From Sulfolobales archaeon (GTDB lineage: Archaea; Thermoproteota; Thermoprotei_A; Sulfolobales; AG1): DNA of 64,000 nt. This document shows positions 1 to 10,687 of the stretch, one piece after another. The first letter of the stretch is position 1; the number at the start of each line of letters is the position of its first letter. The notes beneath the pieces were generated by a model that saw only the letters and a list, made by a program, of their open reading frames with translations, did not search any database and was not told where the DNA came from. The translations under genes were made by a program, and so were the position numbers. Location: positions 32,001 through 96,000 of the forward strand of contig JAWBYA010000004.1 in NCBI GenBank assembly GCA_038867615.1, read 5' to 3'.

Positions 1-201
1 AGATGGATAGAGACATATTCGTCAAGTACATACGAATCGGTGGTGAGGGCAGTCCTAAGAGTAGCTGATATAGTCCTATCTAGGGTTGAGAGCGACGTCT
101 GGACGAATGTTGAGAGGGCATTTAGAATAAGCTCTATATATGAATACCTCTTCTGGGACTCTGCATATAGGCTGGAGGACTGGGTTTTCAAAATATGGTA
201 G
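1..201 (+). CDS. tenA: TenA/thiaminase II family protein, 3' end only (truncated by window edge)
   Basis: Frame 1 reads RWIETYSSSTY...AFRISSIYEYLFWDSAYRLEDW to TAG at 199-201; WIxxY and ExxFWDxAY are TenA C-terminal motifs. Confidence 0.8.
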   Translation, partial: RWIETYSSSTYESVVRAVLRVADIVLSRVESDVWTNVERAFRISSIYEYLFWDSAYRLEDWVFKIW

Positions 202-398
202 GTCTCGCAGAGCTAAGGATCGATCTGCATGCATGTCTCTCTAACCTGTACTACGGTAAGCCGCTATGTTTTTCTTAACCGCTGTCGTGAAAAATACTAA
301 TTATCGTCAGGCTTTTTTGTATTAATATTGAAAAGTATTTATTATTTTTTGTAAATATATAAATGTTTTTCGCCTTCTTCTTATAAGCTGGTTAGTAG

Positions 399-3300
399 TT
401 GTTCTTTAAGGCTTGGTTGCCCGGAGAAAGGGTCTCGTCGATCCTTGTGATAGGGAGCGGCGGGATAAAGATAGCAGAGGCAGCTGAGTTCGACTATTCA
501 GGCTCCCAAGCACTCAAGGCTATAAAGGAGGATGGTATAAAGGCTATTCTTGTTAACCCAAACATAGCCACTATACAGACAAGCCATCTCTTTGCAGACA
601 GGGTCTATGCTTTACCAATAACCCCTGAATATGTTGAGCAGGTTATAGAGAAGGAAAGACCAGACGGTATAATGGTGGGTTTCGGGGGTCAGACAGCACT
701 TAGCGTTGGTGTTTCTCTCTGGAAGAGGGGTGTTCTCGCTAAATACGGCATTAAGGTGCTTGGAACGCCTATTGAGGGGATAGAGGTTGCTCTGGAGAGA
801 GGTCTTTTTAGAGAGGCTATGTATCGCAATAATATCCCGGTACCCCCAAGTAGACCGGCATCAACGCCAACCGAGGCTTTCGATATTGCTAAGGAGATAG
901 GTTTTCCTGTTATTGTTAGGGTTAGCTTTAACCTTGGAGGCGGTGGATCCTTCACAGCCTGGGATGAGGAAGAGTTTAGAACAAAGATCCATAAGGCTTT
1001 TGCCCACGCGGGTTTAGTTAAAACGGTGCTTGTTGAGAAGTATCTACACCACTGGAAAGAGATTGAGTACGAGATCATGAGGGATAGGAGGGGTAACTCT
1101 GTAGCCGTCGCCTGTATGGAGAACATGGATCCTATGGGAGTGCATACGGGAGACTCGGTGGTTGTAGCCCCATGCCAGACGCTAACTAATAGGGAGTACT
1201 ATATCGGTAGGGAATCCTCTATAAAGGTTGCAAGCGTTATAGGCCTTGTTGGAGAGTGTAATGTCCAAATAGCTCTAGACCCTGTTAGCGAGAGACACTA
1301 TGTTATAGAGACCAACCCCAGGATGTCTAGATCCAGCGCCCTAGCTAGCAAGGCTACGGGGTATCCGTTAGCATATATAGCCGCTAAACTAGCCCTCGGA
1401 TATACGCTTGACGAGCTTGTAAACAAGATCACTGGGAAAACCTCAACCCTCTTCGAACCAAGCCTCGACTATGTCGTTGTCAAGATCCCTAGATGGGATC
1501 TAGAGAAATTCCCAGGATCTGAGGCAAGGCTTGGGAGTGAGATGATGAGCGTTGGAGAGGTTATGGCTATTGGAAGGAATCTTCACGAAGCGATCCAGAA
1601 GGCTATAAGGATGCTTGATATAGGCGAGCCCGGAGTTGTTGGCGGACCTCTATACCACGAGGATCAAGAAGTTGACGAGGTGCTGGAGGCTCTTAAGAAT
1701 AGAAAGCCATACTGGATCCTATGGGCTGCTAAGGCTATAAAGATGGGTGTAAGCATCGACGAGATCCAGAGGCTAACAGGTGTAGATAGGTTCTTCCTAA
1801 GGATCATCGAGGATATAGTAAAGCTATACGAGGAGATTAGAAGAAGAGGCCATGGGATCCTCGGCGATATAGAGCTAATCCAGGAGGCAAAGATCAGGGG
1901 GTTCTCTGACGAGCAGATAGCCAGGGCTATAGGGATGGATCCAGGTGAGTTCAGATCCGTTAGGATAAGGCTCGCAGGAATCCCTGCTGTTAAGCAGATA
2001 GACACGCTGGCTGCTGAGTACCCAGCACAGACTAACTATCTATATACAACCTATGGTGGTGTTGATGACGATATAGAGTTTAGAAGAACTGGGAGGAAGA
2101 TCCTAGTGATAGGCCCGGGGGGCTTTAGAATAGGTGTTTCGGTAGAGTTCGACTGGGCTTCTGTGAGCTTTGCAATGGCGGCGAGAAATATGGGCTATGA
2201 GGTATCTATGATCAACTATAACCCGGAGACTGTGAGCACCGATTGGGATATTTCTGACAAGCTTTACTTCGAGGAGATAAGTGTGGAGAAGATCCTCGAT
2301 ATATCTGAGAAAGAGGGGTTCGACTACATAGTAGTCTCGGTAGGGGGTCAGATAGCAAACAACATTGCTAGAAGGCTTGAGGAGAGAGGGTTAAGGATAG
2401 CTGGTACTAGCGGTTGGAGTATCGATATAGCTGAGGATAGGGCTAAGTTTAGCTCTCTCCTCGATACTCTGGGCATAGATCAACCTGAATGGGGTAGAGC
2501 TATATCTATAGAGGATTCGCTCAGAATAGCTAGGGCTATAGGGTATCCAGTGATCGTGAGACCCAGCTATGTTCTCAGCGGCACCTCCATGGCTATAGCT
2601 TATAACGATGAAGAGCTTATCTCCTATCTAAAGAGGGCTGCAATAATATCTAGAGAGCATTCTGTAACTATAAGCAAGTTTATAGAGAAAGGCATAGAGG
2701 CTGAGATAGACGCTGTTGCAGACGGTAGGGGGCATGTTGTTGGCGTCTCTATAGAGCACATCGAGGAGGCCGGGGTTCATAGCGGCGATGCTATGATGGT
2801 GATCCCGCCTAGAAGGCTTAGCCAGGCTGTTATAAGGAGGATGAGGGAGATAGCGGTTATGCTAGCCAACGAGCTCTCGATAAAGGGGCCCTATAATATA
2901 CAATTCATAGTGAAGAATGGAAAGGTATATGTAATAGAGCTCAACCTAAGGGCTAGCAGGTCTATGCCATTCTCAAGCAAGGCTAAGGGTGTAAACCTAG
3001 CAGAAGCTGCTGCCAAGGCTATGTTGGGGAAAGGCCTTGAGATCGATTGCGAGTTCTGGGAGCCCGAGAGTAGATCCTGGGCTGTCAAAACACCCCAGTT
3101 CTCATGGTCGAGGGTGAGGGGAGCATATCCCTTCCTAGGGCCCGAGATGAGGAGCACAGGCGAGGTTGCGAGCCTCGGGTATAGCTATGAGGATGCATTG
3201 GTGAAAAGCTGGCTCTCAGCAACCCCTAATAGGATTCCTGAAAAAGCTGTGTTGATATATAGCTATGTTGAGAGGGATCAAGGAGATCTAGCCGAGACAG

Positions 3301-3608
3301 CAAAGATTCTTGGTAAGGCCTATGAGCTCTACACACTAGAAGGCGCAGAGATCCCCGGGGTAGATAGAGTGGTTAGGGTTGAAGAGGCGATAGGAAAGAT
3401 GATTAGGCGGGAGATAGAGCTGGGAATAACCACGGGCTATACACCAGCAAGGGACTATAGGGTTAGGAGGATGCTTGTTGATCTCAACATACCTGTTATA
3501 CTTCACCACGACACGGCTAGAGAGGTTGCCACATCTATCGAGTGGCTTCTAAAGGGTGGGAGTGTTAGTGTAGCAGAGCTGAACGAGTATCGAGGTAGAG
3601 GATTCTAG
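399..3608 (+). CDS. carB: Carbamoyl-phosphate synthase large subunit (likely start TTG 417)
   Basis: ILVIGSGGIKIAEAAEFDYSGSQA, two ATP-grasp halves (ETNPRMSRSS; ELNLRASRSMPF), C-terminal MGS-like domain. Confidence 0.97.
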   Translation: MFFKAWLPGERVSSILVIGSGGIKIAEAAEFDYSGSQALKAIKEDGIKAILVNPNIATIQTSHLFADRVYALPITPEYVEQVIEKERPDGIMVGFGGQTALSVGVSLWKRGVLAKYGIKVLGTPIEGIEVALERGLFREAMYRNNIPVPPSRPASTPTEAFDIAKEIGFPVIVRVSFNLGGGGSFTAWDEEEFRTKIHKAFAHAGLVKTVLVEKYLHHWKEIEYEIMRDRRGNSVAVACMENMDPMGVHTGDSVVVAPCQTLTNREYYIGRESSIKVASVIGLVGECNVQIALDPVSERHYVIETNPRMSRSSALASKATGYPLAYIAAKLALGYTLDELVNKITGKTSTLFEPSLDYVVVKIPRWDLEKFPGSEARLGSEMMSVGEVMAIGRNLHEAIQKAIRMLDIGEPGVVGGPLYHEDQEVDEVLEALKNRKPYWILWAAKAIKMGVSIDEIQRLTGVDRFFLRIIEDIVKLYEEIRRRGHGILGDIELIQEAKIRGFSDEQIARAIGMDPGEFRSVRIRLAGIPAVKQIDTLAAEYPAQTNYLYTTYGGVDDDIEFRRTGRKILVIGPGGFRIGVSVEFDWASVSFAMAARNMGYEVSMINYNPETVSTDWDISDKLYFEEISVEKILDISEKEGFDYIVVSVGGQIANNIARRLEERGLRIAGTSGWSIDIAEDRAKFSSLLDTLGIDQPEWGRAISIEDSLRIARAIGYPVIVRPSYVLSGTSMAIAYNDEELISYLKRAAIISREHSVTISKFIEKGIEAEIDAVADGRGHVVGVSIEHIEEAGVHSGDAMMVIPPRRLSQAVIRRMREIAVMLANELSIKGPYNIQFIVKNGKVYVIELNLRASRSMPFSSKAKGVNLAEAAAKAMLGKGLEIDCEFWEPESRSWAVKTPQFSWSRVRGAYPFLGPEMRSTGEVASLGYSYEDALVKSWLSATPNRIPEKAVLIYSYVERDQGDLAETAKILGKAYELYTLEGAEIPGVDRVVRVEEAIGKMIRREIELGITTGYTPARDYRVRRMLVDLNIPVILHHDTAREVATSIEWLLKGGSVSVAELNEYRGRGF

Positions 3609-3626
3609 CTTATATGCCTTAAGATA

Positions 3627-5429
3627 ATGAGAATTATCGGTGGCTGTTTGGGAGTGGATATAGATCTTCTGGTTAAGAGGTATATGGCTATAAGACACTC
3701 AACGCTGGGAATGTATAACGAGATCGATCGAGCTATATATTATCTCAGCGACCTAACAGGAGAGCAGATCCTCTGGAAAGCTTGGAAAGTATCAAGCGGG
3801 TATAGGCATGACATCGCCCTCCCATGGGATAGAAGGATCAATAACTATAGGATATCGCCAACCGGGGTTATAGCGTTCTCAACAGATGTGGACGGTGATG
3901 AGAGATGGTCTATCTATACATATCATGAGAATAAACTAGAACTGGTCAGCGGTGAGGATGGGAGTATAAATAATCTGGGCGAGTGGAGCCCCAGCGGCAG
4001 GTTCCTCAGCTATAGCTCTAACTCTCGGAACGGTGTGGATTTCGATATATATGTATACGATCTTGTTAAGAGATCTAGAAGTTTTCTATATAAGGGCGAC
4101 GGGATTGTTAACCCATCGAGATGGGTAAACGATGATCTGTTACTAGCTATTAAGATGAACACATACCAGGATACAGATATCATAATGATAAACAGGAGAG
4201 ATGGTAGCGAGGTTAACCTTACCAAGCACGAGGGGGAGGCTGTTAATAGAAACCCCATTCCGATCGATGAGAAGCACTTCCTATACATCACAAACAATGG
4301 GGAGGAGTTCACGGGCATAGCTATATATGATCTTGAGAGGAATTCCTGGAAATACCTGGTTAAGGAGAAGTGGGATGTAGAGGATCTCGACTATAGAGAT
4401 GGGAGGATTGTTTATAGCGTTAACGAGGATGGTGAGAGTGTTCTCAAGCTCTTCTCCTTCGAAAAGAGAGAGCCTGTGGAGATCCTGAGACCAGGAGGTG
4501 TTATAGATAATATTGACTTTACAAGAGAGGGAGCTGTTCTCTCGATAAACTCTCCTAAACACGGTCCAGAGATCTTTATAACAGATCTCTCAGGCTTCCT
4601 TGAGAGAGTGACATACACACCAAAGATCGGGGTTTCTGAGGAGTCCTTCGTATCACCCAAGATCTTTAGGTACAAGTCGTTCGACGGCCTCGAGATCTCG
4701 GCTCTATTCTACAAACCGCTGAGAAGCCTTACAGAGCCCCCGCCAGCGGTTCTATACCTCCACGGCGGTCCCGAGTCCCAGGAGAGGGTTTCTTTCAACA
4801 GGGTGCACCAGGTACTCTTATCCCTTGGCATAGCTATTATAGCTCCTAACTATAGGGGGTCTTCTGGCTATGGAAAGAGCTTTATCCATCTAGACGATGT
4901 TGATAAGAGGATCGCTACTGTCTATGATTCCTACCATGCTGTGGAGTTTCTAGCCAAGAATGGCGAGATCGATGATAAAAGGCTATGCGTTATGGGCGGA
5001 TCCTATGGCGGGTATCTAACGCTAATGATGCTTGTAACATACCCGGATCTCTGGAGATGTGGCGTTGAGATCGTTGGCATTGTGAATCTCCTCACATTTA
5101 TAAAGAACACAGGTGCTTGGAGGAGGAGGTATAGAATTACCGAGTACGGAGATCCAGAGATCCATAGGGATATAATGATCAAGCTGAGCCCTATAACATA
5201 TGTCGATAGGATCAAAGCACCCCTAATGGTTATCCACGGGGCCAAAGATCCAAGAGTCCCTGTATCAGAGGCTGAGCAGCTGGTTGAGGCACTCAGGGGT
5301 AGGGGGGTTGATGTTAGGTATATAAGGCTTGAGGATGAGGGTCACGGGATCTCTAAGGTGAGGAACAGGGTCAGGGTCTATTCAGAGGTTGTTAGATTTA
5401 TATATGAGAAGCTTTCTTCCCGATCATGA
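3627..5429 (+). CDS. S9 family serine peptidase (acylaminoacyl/dipeptidyl peptidase)
   Basis: Beta-propeller N-terminus, HGGP, GGSYGG nucleophile, HGAKDPRVP Asp, DEGH His. Confidence 0.93.
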   Translation: MRIIGGCLGVDIDLLVKRYMAIRHSTLGMYNEIDRAIYYLSDLTGEQILWKAWKVSSGYRHDIALPWDRRINNYRISPTGVIAFSTDVDGDERWSIYTYHENKLELVSGEDGSINNLGEWSPSGRFLSYSSNSRNGVDFDIYVYDLVKRSRSFLYKGDGIVNPSRWVNDDLLLAIKMNTYQDTDIIMINRRDGSEVNLTKHEGEAVNRNPIPIDEKHFLYITNNGEEFTGIAIYDLERNSWKYLVKEKWDVEDLDYRDGRIVYSVNEDGESVLKLFSFEKREPVEILRPGGVIDNIDFTREGAVLSINSPKHGPEIFITDLSGFLERVTYTPKIGVSEESFVSPKIFRYKSFDGLEISALFYKPLRSLTEPPPAVLYLHGGPESQERVSFNRVHQVLLSLGIAIIAPNYRGSSGYGKSFIHLDDVDKRIATVYDSYHAVEFLAKNGEIDDKRLCVMGGSYGGYLTLMMLVTYPDLWRCGVEIVGIVNLLTFIKNTGAWRRRYRITEYGDPEIHRDIMIKLSPITYVDRIKAPLMVIHGAKDPRVPVSEAEQLVEALRGRGVDVRYIRLEDEGHGISKVRNRVRVYSEVVRFIYEKLSSRS

Positions 5430-6509
5430 GATCCTCATGATCGATGCATAGCCAAACCTCCCCAGATCCACAGCATCTCCTGGAGAACCGCTAGCCAGGA
5501 TCAGTCTCATCCCAACAGGCTTACCCTTAGCCTCGGTGATCGCCAGTAGATCCTGTATTATATTTCTAAGAATACGCCCTGAGAGAACATGCTCCCTCGG
5601 TAGAACAACCATGTCTACTCCAGCAACACAGATTGTTGAGAACGCTATTAGATCCTTTAGAGCTATTCTCCCCTGCCTAGCCCTCTCCTTCAGAACATTA
5701 TCCTCCTCCACGGGGAGCATGAGCTCGTTATAACCAGAACTCTTAACCCTTCCTGACAGGCTTGCGATTATCTCGTTAATCCTTCTAATAGCAGCCATAG
5801 TCCCCGGCATAGGGATCTCTGTACCAGAGGATCTCTCAACAATACTAGCAACACTCTCCTCCATCCACGGTGATAAGGAGAGATCTATCCCAGCATATTT
5901 AACACCAGTGTCCATTGATGCACCACTAAGGATTTCCTCAAGCCCTTCGAGAAGCTTTCCGAGAGATTCTATATCGCCCTTCTTGACAACGAGATCCTCG
6001 AAATCAACCGCATATCTAAGTGCTACTGTGAATGATGTTTCTTCTGTAATGCTTGCAGATGCGGGGAAATAGGGGGTAAGGATTCTTGAGCCATATATGA
6101 GCGCGATTCTCGTATGGAGATCCACACCGGATCTCGAGTAAAACCTAGAGATCTTCTCATACGCGTCCTCAACATCCTCCTCACCCTTAACCAGTATTGA
6201 TGAGAATACAAAACCCAGATCTTCCATGCATTTAACAAGATCATCGATCTCTATGTTACTATCGGCATCGATATTGAAAGCACTCACAAAGATCCCTTTA
6301 ATAACGTTGACAGATCTTTTTAGCTCGAGGCACACTCTAACCAGTTCCTCTTGACTGCCGAGAGGCGGCAGCGTTATCCTCTTACTCCACACACTATACC
6401 CCTTGTTCTCGACCATCTTCACTAGGTTTAACAGTCTGCCGACTTCTAGGGAGATTTTCTCCGGATCTGTTATGTGGAGCGTGATGCTCCTGACGATCAT
6501 TTGGGTCAC
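5424..6509 (-). CDS. DUF711 family protein
   Basis: GIDLSLSPWMEESVA, GYNELMLPVEED, CVAGVDMV motifs. Confidence 0.8.
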   Translation of the reverse strand: MTQMIVRSITLHITDPEKISLEVGRLLNLVKMVENKGYSVWSKRITLPPLGSQEELVRVCLELKRSVNVIKGIFVSAFNIDADSNIEIDDLVKCMEDLGFVFSSILVKGEEDVEDAYEKISRFYSRSGVDLHTRIALIYGSRILTPYFPASASITEETSFTVALRYAVDFEDLVVKKGDIESLGKLLEGLEEILSGASMDTGVKYAGIDLSLSPWMEESVASIVERSSGTEIPMPGTMAAIRRINEIIASLSGRVKSSGYNELMLPVEEDNVLKERARQGRIALKDLIAFSTICVAGVDMVVLPREHVLSGRILRNIIQDLLAITEAKGKPVGMRLILASGSPGDAVDLGRFGYASIMRIS

Positions 6510-6550
6510 TACATATTATACCCAGCAGACCTAATAACAATTGGTCAGGC

Positions 6551-7216
6551 TTGAAGCTGGTAATCCTGGATCTCGATGGTGTGATAGTCAAGATCAAGAG
6601 CTCGTGGGAGTATATGCATAGCTATTTTGGATCGTCTCAAAACGAGATCTATAACATATATTCAAGGCTATACTCCAGTGGGAGGATAAGCTATCTAGAG
6701 TGGATGAAGGCCGATATAGAGCATCTATTGAGGAATGTTGGGAGACCCATATATAGAAAGGATCTTGATGATGCTTTCTCTAGGGTGGAGTTCTACGAGC
6801 ACTCCTTCGAAATACTAGATCTAGTTAGAAGAAGGGGTGCAAGAGCAGCCATAGTCAGTGGGGGTGTAAACCTCATGGCGTTTAGAGCTGCAAGGGAACT
6901 TGGAATAAGGTATGTATTATCAAATATACTTGTCTTCGATGAGGATGAAAAGCTACAGCCAGGAGGAATACCCCAGGTGGAGCCTCTGAAGAAGGGATAT
7001 GTTGTTAGAAAATTATTAAGATCGCTTGGTATCGAGCCCAGCAGAGCCATGTTTATAGGCGACTCCCACTGGGATTACCCGGCATTTCACGAGGTGGGTA
7101 GCCCTGTATTGTTTAGCGACAGCGGTGGTGACCCTGGGCAGCTCGATCCGAGGGTATATATAGCAAGAGATCCCGGGGATCTAGTTAGAGCTGTCTCAAA
7201 ATTCCTCTCCCAATAG
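6551..7216 (+). CDS. HAD-IB family phosphatase (phosphoserine phosphatase-like)
   Basis: DLDGV motif I, VSGG motif II, K, GDSHWD motif IV. Confidence 0.88.
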   Translation: MKLVILDLDGVIVKIKSSWEYMHSYFGSSQNEIYNIYSRLYSSGRISYLEWMKADIEHLLRNVGRPIYRKDLDDAFSRVEFYEHSFEILDLVRRRGARAAIVSGGVNLMAFRAARELGIRYVLSNILVFDEDEKLQPGGIPQVEPLKKGYVVRKLLRSLGIEPSRAMFIGDSHWDYPAFHEVGSPVLFSDSGGDPGQLDPRVYIARDPGDLVRAVSKFLSQ

Positions 7217-7238
7217 CTTAGCGATTGGTTGCTATAAC

Positions 7239-8282
7239 TTAAGGTGTAAGATCCCACGAGATCTTTCCACTGAGGTATTCATCAACAGCCTGGGCGGCTT
7301 TTAGGCCTGATGCTATGGCATTCCCTATAAGGCTGGGGCCTGTAACCACATCTCCTGCAGCGAATACTCCCTTCATAGTTGTTCTCATCTTCTTATCAAC
7401 CCATATCGTGTTATCTGGGTTTATCTTCAGCTCCTTATTCATTATGGGCGGCGTCGGGATCTCGCCAATAGCTATGAGGGCCGCGTCTATTTCTAGCACA
7501 AACTCCGAGCCTTCTATGGGTACTGGTCTCGGTCTCCCGCTCTTATCAGGCTCTCCCAGTCTCATTCTTATCAACTCTACCCCTGTTACCCCTTTCTCTC
7601 TATCGCCTATGAATCTCTTTGGAGTTGCAAGTTCGATCCATGTGATCCCTGCTTTTATGAGGTTCTCAATCTCGTGCCTCCTTGCGGGAGCCTCGTTAAT
7701 AGTCCTCCTATAGATCATATAGACAGTCTCAGCACCAAGCCTCTTTGACACAGCTGCGGCATCAACAGCTGTTAGACCAGCGCCTATAACAGCAACCCTC
7801 CTACCAAGGGGTGGGAGATCCTCTGGCCTCTCATAACCAGCCTCGACTCTGCAGTAGTGGAATAGATAGTGGAAGGCCGGGTATACCCTCGGGAGATCCT
7901 CCCCCTCCACGTTAAGCCTCCTCTCAGCCCAGGTACCTGTAGCTATTATTACAGCATCGTACCCCTTGAGGATCTCGTTAAAACCAATCTCACCCTCCCT
8001 AACACCCTGGCCAGGAACCACCTTTGTCCTCATATGAAACCTAACTCCAAGCATAGCTAGCTCATGCGTACCCTCCCTAACATTCTTTTTGGGGATCCTG
8101 AAATCAGGGATTCCGTAGATCAAAAGCCCTCCCGGCTCCTCCATCATATCATACACATGAACCTCATGCCCCCTGCATATAAGGAACCCAGCAGCGGCGA
8201 GTCCCGCAGGACCCGCACCTATTATCGCAACCATCTTACCGCTCTTCTGTGTGGGGAGAGATTTGCAGCGCGAAAATCTCAC
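7239..8282 (-). CDS. GltD/SudA-like FAD/NAD(P)H oxidoreductase lacking the N-terminal Fe-S domain
   Basis: GAGPAG, PGGLLIYGIPDFRIPK, GAGLTAVD, YRR, GVFAAGDVVTGP. Confidence 0.88.
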   Translation of the reverse strand: MRFSRCKSLPTQKSGKMVAIIGAGPAGLAAAGFLICRGHEVHVYDMMEEPGGLLIYGIPDFRIPKKNVREGTHELAMLGVRFHMRTKVVPGQGVREGEIGFNEILKGYDAVIIATGTWAERRLNVEGEDLPRVYPAFHYLFHYCRVEAGYERPEDLPPLGRRVAVIGAGLTAVDAAAVSKRLGAETVYMIYRRTINEAPARRHEIENLIKAGITWIELATPKRFIGDREKGVTGVELIRMRLGEPDKSGRPRPVPIEGSEFVLEIDAALIAIGEIPTPPIMNKELKINPDNTIWVDKKMRTTMKGVFAAGDVVTGPSLIGNAIASGLKAAQAVDEYLSGKISWDLTP

Positions 8283-8721
8283 AGAAAGCCCCGATATATA
8301 TTTGTTTATAACTATTATATACTCTAGGGCCTTTTCTTTACACTTAGCCTTTCTAGACCTCTAGGTCATGGACTATTAAGATCACAGAGAAAAAGTTTAT
8401 ACCTATATATGTTGATGGTTCACGCTTAATAGAAGTTTATATTAAGCGATCTAGTTAGGGGTTTTGACCCGAGATCTTAGAGCTTTTTAGTCGATTCTAA
8501 ATCATTAGATCCTGTTTTAGTGATGATTCTAACTCGTAGTTCCGTTTCTAATATGGGGATAACTCTGTGGCTTGCATTTCTATACTGGTTGGGTATTTGA
8601 TCAATATTGTGGTTAGGCATGTCCAAGAATGATTATAGTATTACGGATTATATGCTATACATCAAAAATCAGGGGATCTGTGAAAGACTGATTATAAAGC
8701 TCGACGGAATCCTACATGGTG

Positions 8722-9324
8722 TTAGATGTTTTGCCTGTTTGTTCTCTTTCCCTCTACTGTGAATTTTATTACCCCAACACCCATGCTATTTAGACTCACA
8801 TTATAACCTAGCTCTTCGAATAGGTTTTTTATGAATGTGTATGTGATCTTTGTTGTTATCTCGCTTCTGCCTGCACCAACAAGCTTTATCTCCATGGTGT
8901 TGGGGGCTATCTTATCTACAGAGATCTCCTTTAGTGCGAAAACCTTAGAGGCCTTCGAGACTGTTTCTATTAGGGACTCTATATCCCCTTCGTAATACCC
9001 CTTAATAATCGATCCAACCCTCTTACCCCAAAGCGCTACTTCTTCGTCAAGCTTCTCTACGCAGGGCTCGCCGCACATACAGGCTTTTGTGACGAGGCTT
9101 TCGAAGAGATCCATAGGAAGTATTACAGGATCTACAAATGAGGCTATCTTCATAGCCACCATGAGCTTCTTCAGATCCCTTGGCATCATGCCCATCTCAA
9201 GAAGATCACCAGCAACACTCAGGGCTTCGGACGAAAAGCTCGATATAACGAGGTTAAACCTTTTAGCAAGCGTGGAGATCCTCTTCGCTATGGAATCATC
9301 AACAGCAACAGTGGTTCTAGGCAA
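8722..9324 (-). CDS. Hypothetical protein: N-terminal ribbon-helix-helix-like segment plus V4R-like alpha/beta domain
   Basis: TTG at 9324 follows GGGTG SD; RTTVAVDDSIAKRISTLAKRFNLVISSFSSEAL fits the RHH pattern; the domain call is inference. Confidence 0.55.
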   Translation of the reverse strand: MPRTTVAVDDSIAKRISTLAKRFNLVISSFSSEALSVAGDLLEMGMMPRDLKKLMVAMKIASFVDPVILPMDLFESLVTKACMCGEPCVEKLDEEVALWGKRVGSIIKGYYEGDIESLIETVSKASKVFALKEISVDKIAPNTMEIKLVGAGRSEITTKITYTFIKNLFEELGYNVSLNSMGVGVIKFTVEGKRTNRQNI

Positions 9325-9667
9325 CAGTATGCACCCATATATATTATTAGCAGGGCTAATAATAAAGATGAAGCCTACAGATAACATGTTGAAATAAGAC
9401 GTCGGTGTAGCTAACCTTATAATGCTCTATAACATTGGCTTGCCCATAGTTAAGGTTTTATAGAAGCAATTGATACTCGCCTCATCAAGCCTGCTGAGCA
9501 TGTCACGGCTAATTTGATGCTTCCCATGCCTCATTTCCCTGCCGGCTATATAAGTTATCAGTTAAATCCCATGATGCTATCACCGATGCAGTAATAAGAC
9601 GAATGAAAAGCTAGCCAAGCAGCGTCTAACAGGTTGAGATCTGTAGAGCATGAGTCCTTATCTATAA

Positions 9668-10687
9668 ATGGTTGTTATCAAGATTCTTTTGGGAAGGTTG
9701 ATGTCAGGAGAGATTGTGCAGCTGCTATGGACTGAGAAGTATAGACCCAGAACTCTTGATGATGTTGTTAATCAGAGCGATGTTGTTGCAAGGCTCAAGG
9801 TGTTTGTTAAGGAGAAGAACATGCCACACCTACTCTTCACGGGACCTCCTGGTGTTGGCAAGACTACCGTGGCTTTAGCGCTTGTCCACGACCTCTATGG
9901 TGAGGGTTATAGGAGATATGTTCTCGAGATGAATGCTTCTGATGAGAGGGGTATAGATGTTATTAGAACCAAAGTTAAGGAGTTCGCTAGATCTGCTGTT
10001 GTTGGCGATGTTCCTTTCAAGGTGATAATACTCGATGAGGCTGACAATATGACTGCAGATGCTCAGCAAGCACTTAGGAGGCTTATGGAGATGTATGTAT
10101 CAACGACAAGGTTTATATTGATGGCTAACTATTCTTCAAAGATTATAGAGCCTATCCAGAGTAGATGTGCTGTCTTTAGGTTCAGCCCCCTATCGAGGGA
10201 GGATGTTGTTAAAAGGCTTAGGGAGATTGCTGAGAAAGAGGGTGTGAACTATGAACCAGAGTCGCTGGATGCTATATATGATATAACCGAGGGCGATATG
10301 AGAAGGGCTATAAACATACTGCAGGCAGCCGCCGCGCTTGGTAAGGTTACTGTATCTTCTGTCTATAAGGTTGTGGGCCTAGCCCATCCCAAAGAGATCA
10401 GGGAGATGATCCGGCTGGCTCTTGAGGGTAACTTTACAGAGGCTAGGGAGAGGCTGAGAAAGGTTATGATAGAATACGGTTTATCAGGGATCGATGTTAT
10501 AAGACAGATCCACAGGGAGATCTTCGATCCCGAGGTGAAGATAGACGAGGATCTCAGGGTGTATATAGCTGACTATGCTGGCGAGATAAACTATAGACTC
10601 ATAGAGGGCTCGGATGACGAGATCCAGCTCAGCGCCTTTCTAGCAAGGCTCGTACTATTGGGGAGGAAGCTTGGCACTGGGAAGTAG
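9668..10687 (+). CDS. rfcS: Replication factor C small subunit
   Basis: [29 protein letters not shown] motif; no intein. Confidence 0.97.
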   Translation: MVVIKILLGRLMSGEIVQLLWTEKYRPRTLDDVVNQSDVVARLKVFVKEKNMPHLLFTGPPGVGKTTVALALVHDLYGEGYRRYVLEMNASDERGIDVIRTKVKEFARSAVVGDVPFKVIILDEADNMTADAQQALRRLMEMYVSTTRFILMANYSSKIIEPIQSRCAVFRFSPLSREDVVKRLREIAEKEGVNYEPESLDAIYDITEGDMRRAINILQAAAALGKVTVSSVYKVVGLAHPKEIREMIRLALEGNFTEARERLRKVMIEYGLSGIDVIRQIHREIFDPEVKIDEDLRVYIADYAGEINYRLIEGSDDEIQLSAFLARLVLLGRKLGTGK

